Of a stretch of DNA of 64,000 nt, positions 24,101-37,268 are shown piece by piece. The number at the start of each line of letters is the position of its first letter. Position 1 is the first letter of the stretch. The position numbers were made by a program, and so were the translations under genes. The notes under the pieces are model-generated. The model worked only from the letters and a program-made list of their open reading frames with translations, was not told where the DNA came from and ran no database searches. The DNA comes from the human T2T-CHM13v2.0 reference genome, Homo sapiens, in the NCBI RefSeq assembly GCF_009914755.1, contig NC_060930.1; one strand, written 5' to 3'.

Positions 24101-26581
24101 TTCATAAATTCTATTTTATAAATTCTTTCATGACTTAACCAGACCATCTACGAAGTGCTTGGGCTTTCTGACTTGTCCTAAACATCCCTCTTTTTAAACA
24201 ACCAGTTATTTTACTTTAGACAAGAATTTACCATACAAGATATTTTCTTATATAAAATCTCTTTTCTTTATAACCTTGTTTACATAGATAGGGCACATGG
24301 CTAATTTAACATGTGCCCAGGCTTTTTGTTTTTTTGGTTTTTTTTTTGAGATGGAGTCTCTCTCTGTCACCCAGAGGGGGGTACAGTGGTGCGATCTCGG
24401 CTCACTAGAACCTCCATCTCCCGGGTTCAAGCAATTCTCCTGCCTCAGCCTCCTGAGTAGAGGGAGTACAAGCACATGCCACTATGGCCAGCTGATTTTT
24501 TGTATTTTTATTAGAGATGGGGTTTCATCGTGTTAGCCAGAATGGTCTTGATCTCCTGACGTCATGATCCTCCTGACATCATGATCCACCTGCCTCAGCC
24601 TCCCAAAATTCTGGGATTACAGGCGTGAGCCCCTGCGCCCAACTGCATGTCCCCAGGCTTTATATAGAATCTAATGCTCCAAAATAAATTGAACAATTTT
24701 TGAAAGTTGAAGAAGCAGTTTATGACCTTAAAGCAAACCTAATATCTAACCTGTATAATTTAGACCAAATGTTTACATTTTGAAGATATTTTTATTTTAC
24801 CAATAATGTTTAAAACTATCTTTATTTCCCAAAGATTACTTAAGTCACATGAACTAAATAAAAGATATTACACTTTTTACTTTTCTGACAAAATATTCTA
24901 TTTGAGCTCTTATATTAAACCAATTAATTAAAGCTCTTTTATATTACACACACAACATACATAAATACATAGACAGAATAAGAAAGGAGTCATTCCCTAA
25001 GCTGGGAATTGAACCCTGAACCTGGGCTGCCATTGTGATGGTGGAGACCAAGAGAAAGTACTGCCACATGGTTACAAGGTGACATTCCCAAGGACATACA
25101 AGACAAGATAGAAACCTCATCCAGGTTTTTTTTTTTTTTTTTTTTTTTCAGGGACTTGCAGCAAAGTTTGTAACTGACCAGTTTGCTGGGTCATCTTGAA
25201 CAGTGGGCTTATGGGAGTACTAAGCCCACATTCTATCCTAAGGTACCACTCTTTTATGACAGAACAACACAAAAAAACACACAAAGCACACCATATTTAT
25301 TATAGTTTAAGACTAGCCTCACAAATCCTTTTTCTCATTAATCAAAACTTTAAAGAGAAAATAAACACTGATTTTTGCCATTCATTCAACAGGTTTGCAC
25401 AGAGAGAGAAAGTAAGGGGAAGGGAGAAAAGCATTGCTTACAGCAGAATGGGGGAAGTGAGGTGCTCAGAGAGGCCAGAGAAAGACCCACCCATTGCAGC
25501 TGGCACTGAATCAAAAGTTCAGGCAGCTGCTTGTCAGTCGAGAAGGGATCTTTTCCAGTACTCCCTTTGGCAATCAAGTTTCCCCTTTTATGGAGGAAAA
25601 AGTTCCCCATGTCCCATGATCCTTTACATGCCTAATTCTGTCACCCGCAGCTGTCACCAAAAAGTGCAAGGCAGATTAATACAAAGAGAATAGTGGTAAA
25701 CATTCCTAGTGGCAAACCTGTTTTTAGCCAAAAGGGACTTTACTGACAGTGGCCTCTAACCCCTTACATCTTAGGAAGGACTCTAACCTTCCTAAGTTGG
25801 GCCTTGAACCCAAGTTCAGTCAAGCATCCTTACTTTTATTAAGAGGAGCCTTTTAACCTACTCTGTCTTAGGAGAGACTCTAACTCCCCTAAGTGGGCCT
25901 CTAACGCAATCCCATTCTTTACCCAGGTATATGTGCCCCACTTACCTAAAGTCAGCCAATCAATGCTGCAGTCTATTTCCTTTGGGTTGGGAGTCTCCTC
26001 AGTATTATCTCTTCATGGTCACTGGAAAGATGTTACAGGAAAGGGGTCCTGATCCAGACCACAAGAGAGGGTTCTTGGATCTCAGAGAAGAAAGAATTCA
26101 GGGTGAGTCTATAGAGTAAGTGAAAGCAAGTTTATTAGGAAAGTAAAGGAATAAAGAACGGCTACTCCATAGGCAGAGCAGCCATGAGGACGGCTGGTTG
26201 CCTGTTTTATGGTCATTTCTTGATTATATGCTAACCAAAGGGTCGATTATTCATGCCTCCTCTTTTTAGAACATATAGGGTAACTTCCTGATGTTGCCAT
26301 GGCATTTGTAAACTGTCATGGCGCTGGTGGGAGTGTAGCAATGAGGACAACCAGAGGTCACTCTTGTCACCATCTTGGTTTTGGTGGCTTTTAGCTGACT
26401 TCTTTACTGCAACCTGTTTTATGAGCAAGATCTTTATGACCTGTATCTTGTGCCAACCTCCTATCTCATCCTGTGACTTAGAATGCCTTAACCATCTGGG
26501 AATGCAGCCCAGTAGGTCTCAGCCTCATTTGACATAGCCCTTATTTAAGATGGAGTTGCTCTGGTTCACACACCTCTGACA
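21164..26581 (-). mobile_element. MER41 provirus: 5' LTR 26031-26581 (MER41A-like), MER41-int 21601-26030, 3' LTR 21164-21600 (internally deleted)
   Basis: Two LTR copies, roughly 85% identical by eye, with TGTCAGAGG...TAACA termini on the minus strand; 4-bp TSD AAAT/AAAC. Confidence 0.88.
24325..24645 (-). mobile_element. Alu (AluS-like) inserted in MER41-int
   Basis: Alu body; TSD CATGT(G/C)CCCAGGCTT at 24310-24324 / 24646-24660. Confidence 0.92.
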
Positions 26582-27443
26582 AAACCATGCACTTGATCTC
26601 TCAAGTTGCCTGCTTGGCCTTCTTCCAAGTGTACTTTACTTACTTTCATTCCTGCTTTAAAGATTTTGAATAAACTTTCATTCCTGCTCTAAAACTTGCC
26701 TTGTTCTCTCTTTCTGCCTTATGCTCCATTGGTCTAATTATTTCTTCTGAGGAGGCAAGAATTGAGGTTGCTGCAGACCTGTATGGATTCACTGCTAGAA
26801 CAATACCAGATATATTTTATGCATGTGGAAAGATACATACTCTTATTTTGATGAATATTGTTTTCTGTGCATTGAAAGCTATTTGGATCAGAAGGCTCTT
26901 ATTGAGATAATGCCCACGTATGTAGCACAAGGCTTCTTTGAAATCATTATTTTCTCATGTTTAGTTTCAGCTGTACAATACAATCTTTGTAGATCTTATC
27001 AACAAAAGTGATGAGTGAAGTTTGGCTCTTGATATAGAATAAGAGAGTTAAAGACACAGAGTCCTGCCATGTTCTGTGTCACAAATCTCTAAATCAGTTC
27101 CGATCTATATTTGTTGCCACCTCCCCTGGCATACAGCAGTAAAAACTGTGATCCTCTTTATCATTATCTTGGTTTTTTCTTTTGCTTGCATGGCTTGCAT
27201 GGTTTCTAATGAGAATTCCACTGTAATTCTTATTCTGTTCCTCTATCAGTAAGATACCCTCCCTCCTTTTAATCATGTGACCTTGCTAAACTTACTAGTT
27301 CTAATAGCTTTTTTGTTGATTCCTTCAGATTTTCTACAAGATCATTTTAATTTTCAAATTAAGGCAGTTTCTGCCTTTTTAATCTCTATACCTTTAATTT
27401 TTTTCCTTTACTTATTGCATTGGCTACAATTTAAATAGTGAAC

Positions 27444-28028
27444 TGTAAACCAGTAGTAAAATTCAAAGGTTCTCCATAATCATCTGAACGGACTCTCTCC
27501 TTGGCTAGGGCACCCTGAAGTTTTACCTGAATGACTGTATCAGGCCATGGTGGGAAGTGGGGGTCGGACATGCCTCATTATACCTCTCTAGCATTAACAT
27601 CAACACAGGCCTTAAGCCTGGTAAGAAACATTTACAGTCTATTCTCTCCAAAGCCTGCTACTTGGAGGCTTCATCTGTATGATAAACCTAGGTCCCCACG
27701 ACACCCTAATGTAACCCAGACATTGCTTTCTACTGATAATAAGTCTTTCAACTAATTGCCATTCAAAATATGTTAAAATCTGCATATGACCTGGAAGCCC
27801 TCCTGCTTCGAGTTGCCCTGCCCTTCCAGATTGAACCAATGTAAATCTTACATGTATTGATTGATGTATTATATCTCCCTACAATGTATAAAAGCAAGCT
27901 GTAGCCCTACCACTTTGGGCATATGTCGTCAGGACCTCCTGAGGCTCTGTCACAGGCGCATCCTTAACCTTGGTAAAATAAACTTTCTAAATTGATTGAC
28001 ACTTGTTTCAGATACTTTTTGGTTTACA
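27444..28028 (+). mobile_element. MER4-type ERV1 solo LTR inserted in an old L1 fragment
   Basis: TGTAAACCA...TGGTTTACA inverted termini, TATAAAA and AATAAA; 4-bp TSD GAAC. Confidence 0.88.
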
Positions 28029-28137
28029 GAACAAAAGTGGTACAAACTAACATATTTGCCTTATTCCTGATTATGGATTCCAGATAAAAAATGATGCAAT
28101 CATCGTTTCAATGATAAGTACTAAAAAGAAAAAAACA

Positions 28138-29297
28138 TTAAAGACTTAAACGATAGACCTAAAACCATAAAAACCCTAGAAGAAAACCTAGGCAATACCA
28201 TTCAGGACATAGGCATGGGCAAGGGCTTCATGTCTAAAACACCAAAAGCAATGGCAACAAAAGCCAAAATTGACAAATGGGATCTCATTAAACTAAAGAG
28301 CTTCTGCACAGTGAAAGAAACTACCATCAGAGTCAACAGGCAACCTACAGAATGGGAGAAAATTTTTGGAATCTACTCATCTGACAAAGGGCTAATATCC
28401 AGAATCTACAATGAACTCAAATTTACAAGAAAAAAACAAACAACCCCATCAAAAAGTGGGCAAAGGATATGAACAGACACTTCTCAAAAGAAGACATTTA
28501 TGCAGCCAAAAGACACATGAAAAAATGTTCATCATCACTGGCCATCAGAGAAATGCAAATCAAAACCACAATGAGATACCATCTCACACCAGTTAGAATG
28601 GCAATCATTAAAAAGTCAGGAAACAACAGGTGCTGGAGAGGATGTGGAGAAATAGGAACACTTTTACACTGTTGGTGGGACTGTAAACTAGTTCAACCAT
28701 TGTGGAAGTCAGTGTGGCGATTCCTCAGGGTTCTAGAACTAGAATTACCATTTGACCCAGCCATCCCATTATTGGGTATATACCCAAAGGATTATAAATC
28801 ATGCTGCTATAAAGACACATGCACACATATGTTTATTGCGGCACTATTCACAATAGCAAAGACTTGGAACCAATCCAAATGCCCAACAATGATAGACTGG
28901 ATTAAGAAAATGTGGCATATATACACCATGGAATACTATGCAGCCATAAAAAATGATGAGTTCATGTCCTTTGTAGGGACATGGATGAAGCTGGAAACCA
29001 TCATTCTCAGCAAACTATCACAAGGACAAAAAACCAAACACCACATGTTCGCACTCATAGGTGGGAATTGAACAATGAGATCACATGGACACAGGAAGGG
29101 GAACATCACACACCAGGGCCTGTCATGGGGCGGGGGGAGTGGGGAGGGATAGCATTAGGAGATATACCTAATGCTAAATGATGAGTTAATGGGTGCAGCA
29201 CACCAACACGGCACATGTATACATATGTAACAAACCTGCACATTGTGCACATGTACCCTAAAACTTAAAGTATAATTAAAAAAAAAAGAAAAAAAGG
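28138..29297 (+). mobile_element. 5'-truncated young L1PA (PA3/PA4-like): ORF2 C-terminus, 3'UTR and A-tail
   Basis: ORFs 28215..28472 and 28469..29071 are L1 ORF2 including the CCHC knuckle ([18 protein letters not shown]); TSD ~AAAAAACATT. Confidence 0.96.
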
Positions 29298-29575
29298 AAA
29301 AAACATTCACTCATTCACTATTAAGTATAAGGTTAGCTCAGGGATTGATTTTGCAGATGCTCTGTATTAGAATAAGAAAGTTACTTTCTATTCATAGTTT
29401 TCTGAAAATTGTTTTCATTAAATCCTATTAAATCTTGTTAAGTGCATTGATTTGCATTTTTTGAGATGATCATATTATATCTTTATTTTATTAGTATGAT
29501 ACATAATATATATATATATACACATACACATATATATTTATAATTTAGTACAATTTAACTTAATTTCTTTTCTAG

Positions 29576-29886
<311 letters not shown>

Positions 29887-31349
29887 GGTAATAGCATCTT
29901 AACTGATGTCTTGCTTCCATTCTTGTCCTCTCACAATATTAGATCTAATAATATCACTCTTTAATATACTCTGATGATTTGCTGCCTTAATTATAATAAT
30001 ATCCCAATTCTTTACCTACCCTAGAGGGCACCATATAATGAGATTCCTGCCTAAGTTCCTTACCTCTTTTTAATATTTTCTTTACCATGCTCCCTCTACT
30101 CCAGCTATTATGGACTTCTTGCCTTTAATAAAATATGCCAAGTTTATTCCTACCTCAGTAACATTTTACTCACTATTCTTGCCTGAAAGTCTTCTCTATC
30201 AAATTATCTATTGGTGGTTCTCTCACTTGTATTGTGCTCTTGTTCCATAAAAAACAATTCAGATTTTGTCACTCTTCTGTTTAAAATCTTACAATTGGTT
30301 GTTCATTACTAAAAGGATAAATTCAAAGCTCCAAATAGTATTTAGCACTTTAGAGATGATTTACCTGATAATCTTATTTAAATTAACATTTCTCCCTCTC
30401 AGCCTATCCTCATTATGCTCTATCCTCTTCCCAAGTTTAGTTCATAGCATTTGTCATTTCCTGACATTGTATTAAGTATTTATTTGCAAGAGAGTTTTCT
30501 TTCTCTTTCCTCTGCTAGAGTGTGAACTTCATGAAATTTGGAATTTGGTCTGTCTTGCTAATTGTTCTATTTCAAAGTGCCTAATTGAATACTCAACACA
30601 TAAGTGTCTTCAATAAATATTTGTTGAGCACAGGAATGAATTATTACACACTGTGATGATTACTATAAGAAGAAATATAGGGAGCTCTGAGAGAAAATGG
30701 GGGGAGCTTCCCTAGATTATGTGCTCAAAAGAATCTGTTGATGAAATAATGTTTAATGTGAAGTAGCAATTCTAGCAAATAATACAGTGATCACTCTTCC
30801 AAACAGAGCAATAGCAAACACAAACACCATAAGGTAAAAATAATCTTGAGGAATTTGAGATAATTTAACGGGCTCATCCTACTGAAACAGAGGAAATGAG
30901 GGAGGGTGGAATGAAGTGAGATTGGAGAGGGAAATATAAAAAACATTATTCAGCTTCTTGCAGATCAGTTTAAGATCGTGAATATTATACTAATTACTTC
31001 TGAAACCTATTGAAAGGTTTTGAATGGAGACTAATTAGGAAATTTATTGCTTGAGAGATTAAGAGATGCAGCCAAAAATAGCATCTAGGGGCTGCATTGG
31101 TGGTCTTGCACCTTCCTGTTTTCCTTTGCCTCATGATTACTTAGATCCTTGAAATTTTTACTGAAGTTTGATACTGGATAAGCATATCGATCTGATATGA
31201 CAACCCGATCATTGATATTATCTGAAAGGACAAAATCAAACATATAGCACTGGGATAAAGGAGCTGAAGGTTAAAAGTCTAGGAAAGAATAACTAGATAA
31301 TCTGAAGAAAAGCTTTGATGCATCATGGAGTCAAGAAATAAAATTCTTG

Positions 31350-32047
31350 TATTTTTTTTCAAGACACTTTTTATTTTGCATTGCTTTCTTAGACTTACCG
31401 AAAATTTGGTAAGATAGTACAGAGAATTCCTAGATAGCCCTCACCCAGTTTCAGTTTCTCTAACGTTATCATCTTACATTACCCTGCTATATTTGTCAAG
31501 ATTAAGAAATCAACACTACTGTTAAAAATACTCCAGATTCTATTCAGACTTCATCAGTTTTTTCATTACTGATCTTTTTCTGTTCCAGGATCTGATCCAA
31601 GAAGCACATTGCATTTGGCTCACATGTCTCCTTAGTCTCATGTGGTCTGTGATTGTTTCTCAGGATTCCCTTATTTTCCATGATTTTTACAGTTTTGAGG
31701 AATACTCTAAAATACCCCAGGGATATTTTGTAGAATGTCCTTCAACTTGAGTTTGCTGGATGTTTTAGCTCATAATTAGATTGGGATTATGAATTTTTAG
31801 AAAGATTATCTAGAACAAATCTGAATGACTTATCACTGGTGACGTTAATTTTGATCACTTGGTGAAGACGTCATTTGTCATTTTTCTCCCCTGTAAAGTT
31901 ACTATGTTTCCCTTTCCATACTCCACTCTTTGGAAGTGAGTCACTGATTTTAGTGAAGACTCACAAGGGAGAGGACTGAGTTCTACCTCCTTGAGTGGAG
32001 GGTATTTACCTATATTATCTTGTATTCTTTTTTAAGGAAGTTTTGTC
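31350..32047 (-). mobile_element. Ancient L1 3' end (L1MC4/L1MD-like) within the CRISP3 3'UTR
   Basis: Matches recalled consensus (AAGATAGTACAGAGAATTCC...CACCCAGTTT...CTTTTTCTGTTCCAGGATC...ATTTTGTAGAATGTCC). Confidence 0.75.
31370..31375 (-). terminator. CRISP3: Probable CRISP3 polyadenylation signal AATAAA
   Basis: TTTATT on the plus strand; U-rich sequence downstream on the minus strand (CAAGAATTTTATTTCTTG). Confidence 0.7.
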
Positions 32048-32705
32048 AAAGAGAAGAGAGGTTTAAAAATGAAGGTTTGATCATATTCTACTGTAAAATT
32101 TATGCAGATAAAAAATTCAAAGGATTGTATTGATTTTGGCAAAATAAAAGTCAGGATTGTTTTAGGAGGAACAGCTTCAACTCAATTGTGAGGATGCCAG
32201 CCAGATGATTGGGAAGAAGGGTGAATGAGTGAAAAGAATTAAGACAGCATATGGGAAAACGTCTTTGAAGATGCTTAGCCTTAGAGTGGAGCTAGGAAAG
32301 GCAACTACAGCCAAGGGTTCATGTGAAAATTATATTGTTCTTTTTGTACATTTTGTTCTAGGAACATAATTTTCACTTTCAATCCAGGGTTTTAGTGAAC
32401 TTAGTCATATGAGAATACAACTTTCAAAATTTTCACCCTAATTAAATTCAGTAAATTTAAATCACAAAGTTTATATATAAAAATCCAAAGTTGTTGTTAT
32501 AGATTTTGTTTCTTTTTAACCATTTGTATGAAAAATATTTTTGTAAAATAAAAAGCAGATCCAGAAGAAAAACATTTGAAATCAAATGTGTATCAAACAT
32601 GCCTACAATTTCTCAGCTAGTATATGTTAAATCTAAGTAGATGCCAAATCTAAGTAGATAATCTGACTCCTCTCTACATAGCCCTACTCGGTGTGTAATG
32701 CGTAT

Positions 32706-32833
32706 TTAATAAATGCTGTTTGAACAATTGCAGGAGGCCTTGCAACTGTCCCTGACCAACTGATGTTTACAGGTTAATGTGAGCTTCAAACTTTTACAGT
32801 TACTATAGAGATCTTCGTACTTGCAACCATTGG
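32706..32833 (-). CDS. CRISP3: CRISP3 exon 8 CDS (T-NGCKYEDLYSNCKSLKLTLTCKHQLVRDSCKASCNCSNSIY*), ShKT-like/ICR domain
   Basis: ORF 32706..32936; TTCCAG acceptor 32834-32835; TAA at 32706-32708; six-Cys ICR pattern and NCS sequon. Confidence 0.97.
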
Positions 32834-33122
32834 CTGGAATAAAAACAAAGAAATTAGTCACTTCATTATCATTTTCTTTCATAACAGCAACACAAACAAA
32901 ACATTCTATATGAACGGAGAGTAGGGAAGTGAGCAAACAAGTTGAGATTATTACACTAAGATGGCCATTTTATATCTTGAGGGACACATAAGGTCACTTA
33001 GGTAAACACGCTGATTCTTTTTTAAATTCGAGCTTTTGGAAATGTTTCTAAGATGAACTGACATATTTTCCTCACTCAACAAGTGAGCAGAGTAAAATTA
33101 ATTTAAATGAATTTCTCTAGAA

Positions 33123-33337
33123 CTGCAACATCCAAAATGGTAGATATTTGTCATGCGGTTGTTTAAACTTAAATTAATTAAAATTAAATAAAAATAAAAT
33201 CAAATAAAATTAAAATTTCAGGTCTTTCCTCAACAACACCAGTTATATCAAGTGTTCAGTAGCCATGTGTCTAAGGGCTACTTTATAGGAATATTGAACA
33301 TCTTCATCACTGTAGAAAGTTATATTGGACACAGTTG
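33123..33337 (-). mobile_element. MER3 (hAT-Charlie)
   Basis: AT-rich core, AGAAAGTTATATTGGACA end; 8-bp TSD-like CTCTAGAA/TTCTAGAC. Confidence 0.7.
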
Positions 33338-34734
33338 TTCTAGACTCTAATGCCCCCAGTCTTTCTCTCAGGTCTAGGTAATTATTATAGGAAGATGTAA
33401 ATGTATAATGTAAAAGGTGGAGAGAATGTCATTATGATTATTGGACATTTCTACTTGGATGTCCTTCAGTGGCCACAAACTCAATAAATCTCAAACTAAA
33501 TTCATCATCCTATCTACAAGCTTGACATTTCCTTATTATTTCCCAACAACTGTTCACTTCGTTCACCCAGTTTCAGAGAAATGACACTCCCAACTATTAA
33601 ACAATTCAAGCCAGGATCCAGGAATCAACTGGAACTTGTTTCTATTTTTTGGTTTTTTTTTGTAATCAATACTCAACAATACCAGGTAACAACCGACTGT
33701 TCTATTTTCTTCCTATTTTTCATACCTGTCTATTTTTTCATTCATTTTGCCCTAATGCAGTGAAGATACCCATTTGTTTTTGAGTGTGTGTTTTTCCAAC
33801 AGTCTCCTAGCTGACTTTCATCCAATTGCTTCTTCCTACTACTGTCGGGAGCTCTTTAGAAAACACAGTTCAGATCTTATCATTCTTCTGTTTAAAATCT
33901 TTCAGTTGGCTGATTATTACTAATAAGATAAATTTCAAGCTTCTTAGAAAACAGCATTTGGCAGTGCTGGAAATATTTGGATTTTCCTTCTTTAGTTGAT
34001 TTATAGCTTTGGTATTATCAGTATTCTGAATTATAGCTACACAATTCAGTCAGAAAAAAAATGTTACAATTCAGTCAGGTGAATGCATTTGAAAGGTAAA
34101 AATCTCAATGAATGGGTCAACTGCATTGTCAGTAATAATTTTAGTAACATATCCTAGTTAAACAAAAATATCATCTCTTTGTACTTTTATTTATAAAAGC
34201 ACAAAATGAAATTGTATGAGATATAAATTTATTTACTCCTTTTTGCTAAAATATTTTTGAGGCTTCTGCAAACTAATACTACATACAGATTTGATTTTGA
34301 CTTTAAAAATGTATACAAAATTATTAGCAAGCAGAAGTGCAAGTGATTATTATACTAAACTTGATGATTGTAACTACACTATGGCAAAAATGAGGAAGTT
34401 AGTATGATAAGTTCATTAGCATATGAGGAATTGCAGTATTTGGAGTCCCTGTCTGGATTGAGCCATATTCTATGGTCTCATACTCTTAGATGTATATTTG
34501 TTTTCCTTTTTTAAAATAATGCTGTATTTTGTATAATGATATAAACTTTGATGAGAATAAACTTCCTATTTAATTACAATGTTATTTCCACAGACACATT
34601 TTCATATATGCCAATATGTAACATGGATGGTAAGTGTTTCAACAGGTTACATATGATAACAGGCCAAATTTTACATTGCAAATGATACATAGATACTGAA
34701 CAGTGTAAAATTTTCACTTAAAAATGCTCTGTAA

Positions 34735-35010
34735 GGCTGGGTGTGATGGCTCACACCTGTAATCCCAGCACTTCGGGTGGCTGAGGTGGGCAGATCGCTT
34801 GATGGCCAGAAGTTCGAGACCAGTGTGGCCAACATGGCAAAATCCTGTCTCTACAAAAAGTACAAAAATTAATCAGGTGTGGTGGCACGTGCCTGTAGTC
34901 CCAGCTACTCAGGAGGCTGAGGCACAAGAATCACTTGATCCCTGCAAGCGGAGGTTGCAGTGAGCCGAGATGGCACCACTGCACTCCAGCCTGGGCGACA
35001 GAGCCAGACA
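34735..35010 (+). mobile_element. Alu (AluS-like) lacking its A-tail
   Basis: Full dimer up to GGGCGACAGAGCCAGAC, followed by T-rich sequence. Confidence 0.92.
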
Positions 35011-35138
35011 GACTTTTTTTTCCTTTTTGTCCTTTGCATGAAGGCATTGCTTAAGTTGGTTGTCTTCAGATTTCCCAATTCTTAGAAGAAATGTCAGATC
35101 ATTTTATTTTATTATCAAGTTAATCACTTCAAACTTAC

Positions 35139-35227
35139 TGCATAGTCCATCGTCACAGTTATCTGGGCAACTGGCACAAGGTGCTCCTTGTTCATAAGGG
35201 ACATATAGTCTATTAGCCCAATTACCA
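35139..35227 (-). CDS. CRISP3: CRISP3 exon 7 ([31 protein letters not shown]), hinge region
   Basis: TTTCAG acceptor 35228-35229, GTAAGT donor 35137-35138; 89 nt. Confidence 0.96.
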
Positions 35228-37170
35228 CTGAAATTTGAAATAAAAATGTCAAATATTTTTCATTTTTATGTTTCGTTTATGTTCCAAGGTTAGTATCAGT
35301 CACCAAATATACATGAGTATTTATTAAATGTTTTTAATTATGTCAAATAATTAAAAATATAATCTCAGAGTATATTCAGACAATAATGCAAATTAAGAGA
35401 ATAATTCACACATTCATTCACTTTCCTGACCATAATCTTGCAACCTGAGAAACTGAAATAGGATAATTAAAGTCTAAAGTTTTTAAAGTATATTTCAATG
35501 TGGCAACACACTTCATCTCCCAACAGACTTCGTCAAATTGCTAAGATGATGTACCACAAGGTGCTGGCAAGGGGTAAAACATATCCCCTAGAGAGATAAG
35601 AAAAGTTCCTGAAGCACAGAAGGTTGCAATATGAAAAATAACATTTAATGTTAAATGTAACTTATAATTAAAAATAAAAAAAAACCATAATTTCTACAAT
35701 ATGAGGTAGGGTAAGTACAGTTTCAGCGTAAATTTTGGCTTCTAGGTGGAGTGGTGATTTTCACATGGTTTTTGCTGTATGTTTGTGAAAGGGTATTGGG
35801 CTTGGAAAGGTTTGGGAATGTCTACAGGTGGTGTGTATGAGATGTTTATGTTTGCCAAGAATGGGAATGTTAGGGAAAAAAAGATTTAATTAATACTAAT
35901 CTCCTCTGTGTGTTCATCTTACAGTGACTAGCCTGTACATCATTGATGATTATTTTCCTATCGGTAATTATCATCTGAAAATACAAGAAAGTCAAAGTCT
36001 TAATTGCACTAAGTAGGCTAACGGTCCAAGGCTATGTAGCTGAATCTCAGCCTTTCTTCACAGAATATAGCTGTTGGTGTGTGAGCACTTAAGAAAATGT
36101 GAAATAGATATCAAAGTGTTCTGGAAGTTCTCTTTTCCCTGTTTTCTCTCATTACTAATTCCAACTCTCACTTCAGATGCTGACTCCAGATGCTCTCCTC
36201 TAATGACCAGGCATTTGGAGGCAGTCTCCCAGGGTCTTTCAATTTTCTGTATTAACAATGATAATTCTTTGCTGAAAAATGACCTTACAGGTCATATTTC
36301 TCAGACTGGAATCCTACATCACCTGGGATATCTACAGCCTCAAAATAAGCCATGCAGAAAGCTGAGTTTGGGGAAAACCCCTCCCACTAGTGGTGAACAA
36401 CTTCAAATATTAAAAGGAAATTAAAGCTAATAGATATGTTGTGAATATATCTTCAATATATCCACAGATTTTTTTTCGTGAGTAGGTCAACTATATTGCT
36501 TGAGAAAAAAAAGTGGACTTTCTGCAGAAAACCCGAGATAATTAAGAAATTAGGATCTTAATGGAAGGTTCCATGAAATTTTTTTTGTGGTAAATTCTAA
36601 GAAGCAAAAATTTAAGACATTATCTTTTCTTGGCTATTTGAAATATATTGGGGATCTCTTAAAAGTCTTTGAGGTCCAAGATTTAATCATTTCTTAATGT
36701 ATAATGTGAAATTTTCTGATAAGCAGGAGTAAGAGCATTTGAGCAGAAAGGACTGATATTGCTAAAATGGGTCATTCCTTATTTGTTTGTTACCTTACTT
36801 TATCCCTGGACTAATTATCAAGCTTCCAGTTTCTCGTGTGTAAACTTAGCATGAACTGATAAAATTATATTTAGATAACTACACACTACATGTACTTATG
36901 AAGTAACCGTGAGCATAGCAAAAGGCAATTGAGAGAGGAGACAAATTATTTTAGGCATGAGGAAAGACAGCTCCCTGTTCAATAATACTTGGAACTGGAA
37001 CTGAAAACTTTATCTTTCTGAGAAGTTGGTTGAATGTGTCTCAACTTTAGAAAACATTTCTAAAGATTAATCTCCTTCACCTTTACTTAAATATGCTTTT
37101 TAGTTTTTTTTTATTAAATGTTAAATTGTATTTAGCATTATTGACAATAAACGCTAAAATATATACTTAC

Positions 37171-37268
37171 GCAGGACAATATTGGCAAACATAGTAGTAT
37201 TTTAGAACTTTTTGATTGGGACAGTAGGCATTTCCACATCCAACGAGGTATGAAGAGTACCAAACAAC
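37171..37268 (-). CDS. CRISP3: CRISP3 exon 6 ([33 protein letters not shown])
   Basis: Acceptor 37269-37270, GTAAGT donor 37169-37170; 98 nt. Confidence 0.96.

Larger units (their letters stand above)
20895..26802 (+). mobile_element. ERV1 3' LTR (MER66/MER83-like), split into 20895-21163 and 26582-26802 by the MER41 provirus
   Basis: TG...CA termini; the halves rejoin as ...AAGGTCAAAC/CATGCACTTGATCTCTC...; TATA at ~21136, AATAAA at 26669. Confidence 0.75.
31350..32705 (-). other. CRISP3: CRISP3 3'UTR (~1.35 kb)
   Basis: Runs from the stop codon to the first minus-strand AATAAA I found (31370-31375). Confidence 0.7.

Noticed and set aside
26031-26581. MER41 as an interferon-gamma/STAT1 enhancer
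   Set aside because: I found no TTCnnnGAA motif in either LTR; the sequence looks like the MER41A form, which lacks the GAS-bearing segment of MER41B
28469-29071. 200-aa ORF
   Set aside because: C-terminus of L1 ORF2 in a 5'-truncated element with an upstream frameshift; not a gene and not mobile
35386-35393. Octamer ATGCAAAT in a CRISP3 intron
   Set aside because: Several chance copies occur across this AT-rich window and none is at the promoter
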